From: Chrysomallon squamiferum
Lineage: Eukaryota > Animalia > Mollusca
Length of the DNA stretch: 64,000 nt
Assembly: GCA_012295275.1 (NCBI GenBank)
Contig: CM022670.1
Span: forward strand, 38,998,001 to 39,062,000
Reading direction: 5' to 3'
The position numbers and the translations under genes were made by a program. This document shows positions 13,006 to 25,300 of this stretch, piece by piece. Numbering within the stretch: the stretch's first letter is position 1; every line of letters starts with the position of its first letter. A model generated the notes under the pieces. The model ran no database searches. It was not told the origin of the DNA and saw only the letters and a program-made list of their open reading frames with translations.

Positions 13006-13757
13006 TTTGAATGCAGAATATCTTCTTCATCTTAAACTGGTGTCTGTTTTTCAAATAAACTTCACTTGTGATTATAATCTGATGATTGTAATCTGAGTTT
13101 TATTAAGAAAATATTAACTGAAATGTAGAAAAATGCTGATAAATTAAACATTTAAAATCCTTCACCGGATGCATTTTCTAAACACAAGCAGCAAACTCTT
13201 CCCAAATCCCTGAATTACAAGCTTTTCGTGTTTACCTCATGCACTTTTTCATTTTTTATTTTTCTTCTTCTTTTTTTTTTTTTCATAAAATAAAATATGG
13301 ACTACATACCTTTTTTAAACAAAATTTACAAACTCTTATAATGGAACAAGAACATTTCACATCAGGTAAATAAAACACCATTAATGCAAAATACATACAC
13401 ATAAATGTTATTTTGAATTAAAATTAAAATCCATGCTGAGGTGTAAAAATGTAAATAAATTGTTAAGAAAATTCGATGTTAAAGTGATAATGAAAATGTG
13501 TGACAATGGGAAGAAAAAAATAAATAAATAATAATTTTTTTTTAAATTTTATGTTAATTAATAATCACTATTTAGAGGTTACAATCGACACAAAAATGAA
13601 ATGATGGATTTTTTTACTATTACTTTACAAAAATGATCAAGTAGCAGTAAAACATGAATGAAGGACTTTTTTTTACTATTACTTTAATAAGTAGCAGTTA
13701 ACACAGAACGAATAGTAAGAAAAACGAAAACAAATGACTTGCTTTGATATAACACAC

Positions 13758-14024
13758 CATATGCTATAAAACGACTGTCGCTGGAACCTGGGGGTGAAGG
13801 CGAAGTTGGCGAGTCGTGTGAGTGGGGTGGTCCCGCTGGCAGTCCAGGTGTGTGGGTGCTCATCGGTCTGGGCGGAGTCGGAATGTGGGTCCGCACTGAA
13901 TGAGGCACATGTTGCGATCCTACGGCATTAGATGATGAGATGTAATGAAGGGCGGAGCCAGGAGGCTTGGGGGTGGGGTTAGTAGGGATGACAATGTGGG
14001 TGAATGCAGTATAGGGTGACTGAA
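13758..14024 (-). CDS. NFI: NFI exon 7, Pro-rich with SPTSPS
   Basis: aatgcag|TT CAG acceptor and TAT G|gtgtgt donor give 267 nt, phase 1-1, GC-rich and open. The donor is less certain: an in-phase GC-type alternative CAA A|gcaagt lies about 15 nt further. Confidence 0.75.
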
Positions 14025-14989
14025 CTGCATTGTACACAACAACAGACACAGCTAGCTCTACAGCCTTGATTTGTTACTGCTTATCTCTCAAATTCAGATC
14101 TCAAAAATGTTCAAATCTTAAAAAGATTATAATTCATGTTTTTGCCGATATGATATTATTATCAACGCGATAACAAGAGTTTTCATTTTATTACAAAATT
14201 AAGAAGTTTAATAAACAACATGAGTGTGTATGAAAATAATTATGTCAGAACAGAAGCAGTTTGAGAGTTAAGCAGTACCTGCAGTAATAGAGATGCTAGC
14301 ATCTAATACCAATTTCCCAATATTCAGCTTAAACATTTCAAACAAACAATCCATTAACACCTTACCCACTACAATCACCCAACTTAACATTTCAAAATAA
14401 CTTTAAAATCTCCAAAATATTTTTCATTGCCAGTAATCTTCTTCATGCATTATGATCAAAATTATACATTCAAATTTTTCCCCAAAAGTTTTTACATTTA
14501 CAAACTGTAAATATTCTTTTATCTGATCAAATCTGAATAAAAGTTATTATAATAAAACAAACTTTCATTATATATTTTCATTGCTGAATAGTAAGGTTTT
14601 GGATAAATATATGTTATTAAGGTTATAAACAATATAATAAAGAGAAATAAAAACAATAATAAGAATTTTTTTTTTTGTGAATATGCAGAACATCTAGGAA
14701 CAAAATAAAATAAAAATTGAAATATGTGATTATCAAATGATATTTTAATGAAAAGGTGTTAAAATGATATTATATATATATATATATAAAAACAAGCTTT
14801 AAATAATTTAATAATTAATATCACAGCTACAGAAAATTAAACATCATATGCACAACAGGCTTAATTAATATAGGAACAAAACATAAACAAACTAAATTTA
14901 AAAAAAAAAAGCGTCAAACAACAACAACAAAAAAAACTAAAAACTCAGGCAAACGCATTAAAAAAACCCAACAACAGACGACATTGTAC

Positions 14990-15331
14990 CTGGATCAAGC
15001 TGATCTCCCTGCCATGACGTTGACTGCCCCATACCTGCAGCCGTTTTTGCATAATAGTTACTGAGCTGCTCTGCCTCTTCGCCAACGCTTTCAACGTCGT
15101 CTTCAGCCGAGGATATTGAGCTGATCTGGTTCCGCTTCAATCTCTTGTGGGGATGACCGCCCGGGCTGAGGGCCGACTGACCGTTGGGCAGTCCCGTGTG
15201 CATGTTCATCATGCTGGTGTCCTGCGGGCTGTAGTTGTAGTAGTTGGGACTGTCCATCTGTTTCTGCTGTGCCATCATGACGTGAGTGCCATTCTGCGGC
15301 ACCATCATCGAGGCAGGACTGGAAAACGTCG
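14990..15331 (-). CDS. NFI: NFI exon 6, Ser/Gln/Met-rich region with a basic NLS-like HKRLKR
   Basis: tatttccag| acceptor, CCA G|gtacaa donor, 342 nt, phase 1-1. GC-rich coding island (STFSSPASMMVPQNG...PHKRLKRNQISSISSAEDDVES...SWQGDQLDP). Confidence 0.9.
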
Positions 15332-15336
15332 CTGGA

Positions 15337-15369
15337 AATAATAATAATAACAATAACAATAATAACAAC

Positions 15370-15407
<38 letters not shown>

Positions 15408-15454
15408 TAATAATAATAATAATGATAATAATAATAATAATAATAATAACAATG

Positions 15455-15485
<31 letters not shown>

Positions 15486-15492
15486 TAATAAC

Positions 15493-15569
<77 letters not shown>

Positions 15570-15722
15570 CAATAACAATAATAATAATGATGATAATAAT
15601 AATAATGATGATGATGATGATGATGATGATAATAACAATAATGATAATAATAATGATAATAACAATAATAATGCTAATGATAATAATAATATAATAATAT
15701 AAAATAATAACAATAATAATGA
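15337..15722. repeat. (AAT)n/(AAC)/(GAT) trinucleotide tract abutting the exon 6 acceptor
   Basis: Direct reading; the source of the spurious poly-L/N/I ORFs. Confidence 0.95.
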
Positions 15723-15724
15723 TT

Positions 15725-16002
15725 TTTGTTGTATTTTTAAATAATATTTGCTAATTTAAAATAATAATAATGATAATGATGATAATAATAATAATAATTT
15801 TTTGTTGTAAAATTAATATCTGCTAGAAATAATAATAATAGAATCATTTTTTGTTTTATTTTTAAATTAATATCTGCTAGAAATAATAATAAAATCCTTC
15901 TTTATTGTATTTTTAAATTAATATTTGCTAAAAATAATAATAATAATCAAAATCATTCTTTATTGTATTTTTAAATTAACACCTGCTAGAAATAATAATA
16001 AT
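15725..16002. repeat. Degenerate tandem repeat of about 55 bp (TTGTATTTTTAAATTAATATCTGCTAGAAATAATAAT), about 5 copies
   Basis: TGCTA(G/A)AAATAATAAT at about 15821, 15875, 15926 and 15984, with a degenerate copy near 15749. Confidence 0.8.
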
Positions 16003-17035
16003 CTTTTTACAATCATAAATTAACCATAAAATTAACATTGTAAGTTGATTTTTGGCCAACATGATGTTAATGAATGATTACTTTAGATATAAAATTCTGT
16101 AAAATGTAAACTTAAGTTTTCACTAATTAAAGCAGTGGAGAACATCAGTTAAACATGGATTTCATAAACAACAAACAAAATTCCTGAAAAATGGTATCAG
16201 TGAAATATACAAAGTGTGGTACACAGGCAGGGTAAAAAAAAAATCATTCATAATTAATGCAAAAATAAGACAATAATAAATAATTAACTTTGATGTTTTT
16301 AATTTAACACTAAAATACAATATCACAGTAACATCATCAAAAATAATGACTAATTATTTAATGTAAAATAATTTTTAAAACATTAAAACCTAAAAAATCA
16401 CATATATGAAAATAATTAATTCAGCATGTTGTACATTATCTCCAGAAAAACATACTTAAAAAATTTAAATAAAAAAAAAAAAAATAAAAATAAAAAAAAA
16501 AAAATATTCAGTGAATAAGACAGAAGAGATCAAAGGGATTGTTTCATTTCAAGAATCTTTATAAATAATTAAAAACGAGTTAAGAATTTTAATTTTCTTT
16601 GACTGAATACTAAACAATTAAAATGGTCAAACAGATCTGAAATCTCTGTTTATTTGAACATCCATTTATGAAAATGCCTGTGTGTGTGTATTTTATTTCA
16701 GATGTATATTTGAATAAAGATAAACTAAAAAGGAATCTTTGTCAGTTACATGATTGCTTGTAAAGACCGTAATGCCAGTAACATTTAAACATAATTTAAT
16801 TCTCCTTTCTTCACTTCACTAACAGCCTAATATTACAACTCCAAATATTTACAGAACGCTGGAGAATATTTGATGATAATCAGAAAGGCAGTGTGTGTGT
16901 ATATGTATATATATATATATACACACACAAAACAGTTTCCTTTACTTTCAATGTTATCTTTCCAGAAAATCTGGAACGTGTGTTCTTGGAAGATCTAGAC
17001 AAAAGTGTGGGAAGCAGACGTTAAAAGGAACTTAC

Positions 17036-17128
17036 ATCTTGTAACTCGCAGCAGTTCTTTCGCAGAGAAGACTCCGGTGGCCATTATACTGTCATTGCCA
17101 GACACACCTGAGTGAATGTTGCCTGGAA
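17036..17128 (-). CDS. NFI: NFI exon 5 (VPGNIHSGVSGNDSIMATGVFSAKELLRVTR)
   Basis: tttttattccag| acceptor, AGA T|gtaagt donor, 93 nt, phase 1-1. TGVFSAKELLRVT corresponds to the conserved vertebrate SGVFSVTELVRVS motif. Confidence 0.93.
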
Positions 17129-17299
17129 CTGGAATAAAAAACAAGTTAAAGTTAAAATGTGCAATTACACCGACGTCAATCAAAACGCAGCTTAAAATTA
17201 AAGTGTGTGAAGTTAAAAAAAAGTTTACAATGATGTCAGACACAGATACATCAGTTAATAGAATTTTTGTTTTTTTTGTGTTTTTCTTTCTTTCTGTGA

Positions 17300-18080
17300 T
17301 GTGTGTGTGAGTGTTTAAAATGTGTGTATGTTTGGGTGGTGTGTGTGTATGTGTGTGTTTAAAATGTGTGTATGTTTGGGTGGTGTGTGTATATGTGTGT
17401 ATGTTTGGGTGGTGTGTGTATGTGTGTGTTTAAAATGTGTGTATGTTTGGGTGGTGTGTGTATGTGTGTGTTTAAAATGTGTGTATGTTTGGGTGGTGTG
17501 TGTATGTGTGTGTTTAAAATGTGTGTATGTTTGGGTGGTGTATGTATGTGTGTGTTTAAAATGTGTATGTTTGGGTGGTGTGTGTATGTGTGTGTTTAAA
17601 ATGTGTATGTTTGGGTGGTGTGTGTATATGTGTGTTTAAAATGTGTATGTTTGGGTGGTGTGTGTATGTGTGTGTTTAAAATGTGTGTATGTTTGGATGG
17701 TGTGTGTGTGTGTGTTTGGGTGGTGTGTGTATGTGTGTGTTTAAAATGTGTGTGTTTGGGTGGTGTGTGTATGTGTGTTTAAAATGTGTGTGTTTGGGTG
17801 GTGTGTGTGTGTGTGTTTAAAATGTGTATCTTTGGGTGGTGTGTGTGTGTGTGTGTTTAAAATGTGTATGTTTGGGTGGTGTGTGTGTGTGTGTTTAAAA
17901 TGTGTATGTTTGGGTGGTGTGTGTATATGTGTGTTTAAAATGTGTATGTTTGGGTGGTGTGTGTATTTGTGTTTAAAATGTGCAGGTTTGGATGGTGTGT
18001 GTATGGGTGTGTTTAAAATGTGTATGTTTGGGTGGTGTGTGTATGTGTGTGTTTAAAATGTGTATGTTTGGGTGGTGTGT
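17300..18080. repeat. Minisatellite of about 40 bp (GTGTTTAAAATGTGTATGTTTGGGTGGTGTGTGTAT), roughly 19 copies
   Basis: Direct reading. Confidence 0.95.
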
Positions 18081-18215
18081 TATATCTGCCAGTGTATGCA
18101 GATCTGTTTAGAAAATATGTTTAAGCAACAACACACCCAACAAACACACACATGCACTTACACACACGTGTAAATGCACATTTCACAGATAATGAAAAGG
18201 GAAAGTTGCTAGGCA

Positions 18216-18310
18216 ATGGGCTACTTTTTTCAATTAGCAACAAAGTATCTTTTACATGTACCTTTCCCAAAACAGGAAAGCACAAATCATGACCTCTGAC
18301 AAATCAGTTT
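18216..18310 (+). mobile_element. Dispersed repeat fragment, SINE-like core
   Basis: GGGCTACTTTTTTCAATTAGCAACAAAGTATCTTTTACATGTACC has related copies at about 24980, 31300 and 35555. The SINE assignment is from recollection, not a search. Confidence 0.5.
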
Positions 18311-19174
18311 TAAGAGATACCAATGTACATCGTTAAAGTAAATGTTGATGTTGTTATGTGATAGTCTGTATGTGTTTTTCTGTCTTTGTAGTCAGTTTTA
18401 ATGTTTATCTATGACTGGAAATGTAGAAAACTAAAAATTAACAATTATAAGAACTATACAGAAAGAAAGATAGTTTACATAGGTTTGTACTGGCAGGTAA
18501 AAAATCTGAACTCAGCTTGTAATAAAAAAAACGGCTTAGATCTGTTTTTCCAAACAGACGATAATGACCAAGAAGCACTCCATTGTGTTTTTGATACTTA
18601 ACAACCTGCAGCTTTGGTAAGTTTACATGTACTATATTTATTCCATTACAATGTTACGAATGTTACACAGAAATTTTGCACAGAAAAAAAAAATTAAAAA
18701 TAAAAATAAAAAAATAATAAAAAAATTTTGTTATCATTACATTATCATCTGTTTGGGTTTTTCAATTTCTTTTTTTTTTAAAAACGTGCTTCCAAAACTG
18801 CTTGCTATTTTTGCTAAATATAAAACAGAGACAGAGTGATGGAAAACTGTGTGCTGGAGAGATGCGTCCTAACTTCTCAGTCTGTAACTGTGTGTGTCGT
18901 TTTTTTTTTTTTTTTTTTAAGTACTACGTAAAAAAAAAGTTAGTGTTATCGGTAAATCACAGGGACCTGTCAAGTATAATAAATGGAATTTGAAATTAGT
19001 GGAGTGAAGGAATGTATCTTTAAACAAGGTCTCTGCAGGCATTGTTTAATCATCAGTCTTTAAACATCATCCTTAATTAGACTCAGCCAGTCTTAGAATT
19101 ACCTTACCTTCTAATAATACAAGTCTTTAATGTTCAGTATTAACAGGGATATTTTGTAATATGTATGGTATACT

Positions 19175-19640
19175 ATAATGCAGAGTTAAATAAAATACTG
19201 GTTAACTTTAAATAATAATAGAATGTTTTGTATCATATATAATTATATACTGATATTATATATAATAATATATATGCTAGCTTAAATATAATACTGGTTT
19301 ACTTTGATTAATAATAGAATGTTTTGTATCATATATAATTATATATATGTGTGTTATACATAATGCAGATAGATATAAATAATGGTTAACTTCTAATGTA
19401 AATCTTTTGTATCGTGTATAATTATAATATAAAATGGAGGCTTAAATGTAATACTGGTTATCTTGTAGTATATGTTTAACCTAAAAAATAATGTTTATTA
19501 TATATAATTATAATGTAGATGCTGACTAAAATATAATAGTTGTTAATTTTAAATATATATTTTATCTAAAAAATAACAGAATTTTTTGTAATATATAATT
19601 ACAATATAAATGCAAGATTAAATGTAGTACTGGGTACATG
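19175..19640. repeat. Old degenerate tandem repeat (TAATGCAGA..TTAAAT..TACTGGTTAACTT...GTTTTGTATCATATATAATTATA)
   Basis: Recurring CTGGTT and TTGTATCATATATAATTATA motifs about every 90-100 bp. Confidence 0.6.
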
Positions 19641-20444
19641 GATTTCATTACATTTCAATTGTCTTTTCATGTTTACACGGTTTATGTATGTTTATATGTA
19701 TGATATATATGAATTTATGTATTGTATGCATGTGCTTGTGTGTGTTTTATGTGGATAGAGTTTCTCTTTCACATATACATGTCCTTTATTGTATACTGAT
19801 TAAATCACATAAAATAATGAGCCTGATGTTGACAGGTAATTACATTATGTTAAATCATTAAACATATTATCTAACCATAAATACTAATTTGTTTTTTAAT
19901 TTGTGAAATCTGCATTTACACTTTCTACCAAACATTTTTGGACCTCTGTGGTATTTTTCTAAAAGAAGTGAATATGCCAATTTAAAAAAATAAATAATAA
20001 TCATAAATTAATTAATTAATTAATTAAAAAAATAAATATAATAATAATAATAATATATAATTATAGATTTTCTAAATAGAGTTCATTGCTGCAGCAAATG
20101 TATATTATTATGATTATGATTATTTATTTTTTATTTTTATTTTTTTATTATTATTTATTATCTTATAAAACAATTAAATTAAATACAAAATCTAAATTCT
20201 TTGTATCAATTTCAAACTTTAATAGACGTATTTGAATTATTTGAAGATTGCTAAAACTGCAGTGGTTAAGTCATTATTCATAAGACCTAGGAACAAATCC
20301 TGATACTAGAATCAACCCAGAAGAGTCGATCAAAACCACAAAAACAATTATTTTAATATTTTAACCACATATATATTAAGTAAGCATTAACTGAACTTAT
20401 ATCATGGTACAGACATGAATAATAATAATAACAATAACAATAAC

Positions 20445-20501
<57 letters not shown>

Positions 20502-21343
20502 GATAATAATAATAACAATAATAACAATGATAATAAGAAAAAGAAGAAGAAAAAGAAATATATAGTTAACAAAATTGAGATGTGAATATTTTTTGTAAAC
20601 ATAAATGATAATTTTTTTATCTTTTTTTTTTTTTCAAAGTAAGCAAGTTCTGAAATAACTGTTCACTTTAAATACAGAAACATTTTTCTTTCCATGCACA
20701 CTCACATTACCAATACTTTTAACTGAAATAACACAAATTACACTAAAATTCACAAATCCCCTTTTCATGAAAACAAAATAAATAAAATGTATTTTAAATG
20801 TAATAACATTCATTTATTTATATGTTTTATTAATTTATGTTAACAATCAAACATTAGGACTGTATTTTAAGAACTCATACACACACACACACACACACAC
20901 ACAGACTCACAGAAAGTCAGCCAACAAAACTCAGAATGATACTCACTTCAAAGTCTATTATCAATATTTAAAAAATTCTACACTTTCTAATTACATAATA
21001 ATTAAAATGGTAACAACTCACATACATAATTTCAATCTTTCAGTGGCATAAAGAAAACATCACTGACCACAATAACGTCAAAAAAAAAAGATGAAAAAGA
21101 ATCAATTCTCTTTATCCAACTAAGCTGTGATATTTTGGGTTGTTGGAAACTCAGGTAACTGGTAATTAGCTTCTGAAGTAGAGGCTTCCTGTGACTGTGT
21201 GTAACAGGCAGGATTGTGATCTCTGATACACAACTGATGGTCGAAACAGGAAATTACTGAAACAGATCTAGTGAGAGACACTGATCTTACCACCCAGATT
21301 CCTTGTTGCCAATCACTCTACAAACACAGTGTTTTGTAGGTAG

Positions 21344-21380
<37 letters not shown>

Positions 21381-21967
21381 GTGAGTGTGTGTGTGTGATG
21401 TCTGTGTTTATATGCATTTTATAACTGTTGTAATGTAAATGCAGGTAAAATTTTACTTTCATAATTTTGAAAACATATTATATACATTTACTTGTAAGTT
21501 TGAATATTTATATATCTTTATATGTATACATGTGTGTATGTATATATGTACATGTATGTATGTATGTATGTATGTATGTATGTATGTATGTATGTATGTA
21601 TATATGTATGTATGTATGTATGTATGTACATATGTATTTATGTATGTATGTATTTATAATTTTGTACGTACATGTATTGGTATGTATATGTTTACTGTAC
21701 ATATATTCTTGTCTACTTATCTGTCTACTTATCTGTGCATGCACTTGCTTGTGCATGTAGGTATGTACAAATCTACATATATATATATATATATATATAT
21801 AAACAGGAACGAGAAACATTAGTGAAGCAGATAAAACCTGACTGATCACAACACCTGCGTACTCAATGTACCCAATGCGGAGAAACCCACAATGATACAA
21901 AAAAAAAATAACGTGAACACAAAGACAGTATATATGGTATGGCTGGAACCGACAGTGTATGTGTATA

Positions 21968-22003
<36 letters not shown>

Positions 22004-22348
22004 GAGATTACAGCATGTGGTTACTGTTAACTTCCCAGCCTCTCACCAAGCAACAGCTGTCTGACCCATTAACTTAACCTAGTGCTGGTAACCCTACATT
22101 CTTCTGACTACATATGCATTTACCTGTGTGCAGACATATAAGTATACTCCCTGGAGCAAGAGCAAAAAAAAAAAAAAAAAAAAAAAAAAATGTGGTAAGG
22201 AAAAAAAAGAAAAAAAAAAAAAAAAAAAAAGTGATGGATTTTTTATAACATTATCTTAAAGGAGATTACTTTTTTGTTTCATAGTTTGAAAGTGGATATG
22301 TTTGTGTAAACTGGCTGTGTGAAGAAAAAGTGGATGTGGAAATATGTG

Positions 22349-22397
<49 letters not shown>

Positions 22398-25300
22398 ATT
22401 GGTATGTATTATTGTAGATACATCTATATAAGAATACACAGCTTGAAATCCAATTATTCAGTGCTCATTATTTTGCAAATTTTAAATAAATTTACATCTG
22501 CTATAGTAAAATCACATACCATAAAAACAATGTAGTATAGTTATGTGTGTTTGTGTATATGTGTATGTGTTTCTACTTGTGTGTGAGTATATATATGTTT
22601 GTGTACGTGTGTTTGTGTATGTTTGTGTATGTGTTTGCATATGAAGGTACACACACACACACACACACACAGTCATACAATGTGTAAGCATATGTGTATT
22701 TACATTATGTACTTTCTCTGTTTCTCCACATCTAGTCTTAAAAAAGCTGGGAAATCTTAGATCGAGGCACATTATTAATGTTGTCTGGGTGAATGTTATA
22801 ATGTCTGATGATACCTGCGTCGTTCATCAACTTGGTAAACTCACAGCCGAAAACAAAGCAATATTTCACAACACCTGGCTATCTTGTTGATCTACATAAC
22901 ATTAGGTGCTTCATAATTAGCAGCAGCACATTTCTTATCAGTTATTTATCACTTTTTGTGTCTGGTTGATTTACAGTCAGATAAACACAATGGTTGGAAC
23001 AAGAAATAACACAGTGGCCCACATCGGAAGTTAGAAGAATTTTTTTTATCTACAACTATACGAATGTCCAGTTGAATAAACGTTATTACCATGCAAATAT
23101 TAAGTTCAAATACTTTTTTTAAGATGCATATATCCATTCACATTCTTAATATAAAAAGATTTGAGAATTGTGGATTTAGGAAAAGCACAGATGTGTCAGA
23201 ATTAATGACTGTCCAGAGGACATATAAGAAAAATTGTGTAAAAAAAAAATAAATAAAAAAAAAAAAATAGACTTGTGAAATTTTGAGACATCAACAATAA
23301 TGAAAAGTAGATATATGTATCTGTCTTTATTTTTTGTATGTTTGTGTGATTATGGGGAATTTTTGTGCATAGAACATTATATCAAAAATATTTTCAAGTA
23401 ATTTCTGTTTATAGGGTTTATACATCATTTCATCGTCAGTCAGAAAAAAATACTATTGCTATAATCATTTATCTTAAAACAGTGAAAAAAAAAAGAATGA
23501 ATAAGTAAATAAATAAATAAATAATAACCTTTAGTTCCAGGAAAAGCAAGTAATGACTTTTGCAGGTAACATTTACTACAGATATGATGTACAAATCTTG
23601 CACCCTCTTTTATAATATATATATAAACACACACAGATATAGATAGATAGGTACCAGTAATCAAGATTCCATTCTGAATTAAGAAAACTTGACTATCAGC
23701 TGTTGCATGTTTGAAATAGAAACAGATATTGGTTCTGATTACAGTGAATAACATAACTTTAAAAAAAAAAAAATTTGGAAAATACAGTGAAACCTGTTTA
23801 AAAGCACATCCTTTAACAAGCTAGAATCTTGTCAAAACCTGTCAAAATGTCTGCCTGTTTTAAATCATGTATTAAAAATGTGTGATTATTTTTGTTCTGG
23901 TTACAAATAAAGAAAGACAAATAAAAGCTTACTAAATGTAGTTGAAAAAAAAGTATTTATTTTTAATGCAGGTACCAAAACATTTATCTGCTAAGAAGCT
24001 ATGAATCAGAGGTGACCTGGATTTCTGGATTTTCCTTTTTTTTCTGAACTATATCCTTAGAATTAAATATAAAATAAGCAAGAATTCTGTTAATTTGAAA
24101 ACTCAATAAATAGTCCAGTACCTGTACAATCTGTTTAATTTTAAATACAACTTATTTATATACATAGGAAAAGGGACTGACTGAAGATATAAAGAGATAT
24201 ACACATATACAATCCAATACATTTTTTAAAATTTTTAAATAATAATTCTTAAAACAAAAACAACAAAAAATCAATTTCTAATTTGTATTTTCACAAAATA
24301 ATTTAAAATATATGTATGATTCAATATCAAAAGTTTATATTTTGGCCTACTGAATTTCATAAACTGAAAAAAAAAAAATATTAATAATAATTCTGTCACT
24401 AATATTTTGAAGAGTTCTGTTGTCATGATTAATTTAAAATCAATGAAATGTTTATGAAAGTATATTGTTTAATTTAAAATAGTTATCTAACATTTAATTT
24501 AAAACAATGATGAACTATTTCATTTTTAAATAGTGTAAAGATATTTATATTAAAAAAAACAATCATAAAAAAAATCATCAGATAACTGAAACAGTAATTT
24601 GATTTTAAAACAATGTTTAATTTAATACCATAATCCTGTATTTAATTTAAAATAATAAATTGATATTTAGTTTAATACTGAAGTCTCTGTGTTTAATTTA
24701 AAACAGTAATCTCATGTTTAATTATTAATAGTATTTTGACATATAATTTAAATCTGAAATTTATTTAATTTAAAACAATGGCTTGATTTTTCTCATTAAA
24801 AAGTTGCAACATATTTCATATAAAAAAAATAAATAGTGAATAAGTTTCTTTTAAAACTGTTCTTGCTATACATAATTTTTTTTTTTTTAATTGTTATTAT
24901 TATTAAAAGGCGTTATATATACAAAAATATATATATGGGTACAAACACAGATTATGACAAAGGAAATTTTCAATGCATTGGGCTATCATTTATCAGTTAG
25001 CAGTAAGAGATGTTTTAATGTGCTTTTTAATTTAAGGATGCTATGGACACTGCAGGGTGCTGCATTTAAAAAAATATATATTGTAAGCAACCTCTGTTAA
25101 TCTACCTGTTTTATATATTAGAAAAAAGAAATTTGAGTGCATATGTCTGTATTTGCGTTTATATGTATATATCTAAATATATCTATGTGGGTGTGTTCTT
25201 ATGTATGTTGGTATATAATGTATGTATGTATGTATATGTATGTATGTATGTATGTATGTACACATTAGGGTACAGGGAGAGGTTGGTGTTACTAACTGAC

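Noticed and set aside
14279-14302. In-frame 24-nt exon candidate (DASISITA)
   Set aside because: The acceptor lacks a pyrimidine tract (gggaaattggtattag).
15332-15713. Poly-Leu N-terminal part of ORF 14958-15713, which looks like a signal or TM segment
   Set aside because: Intronic (AAT)n repeat; only 14990-15331 is exon.
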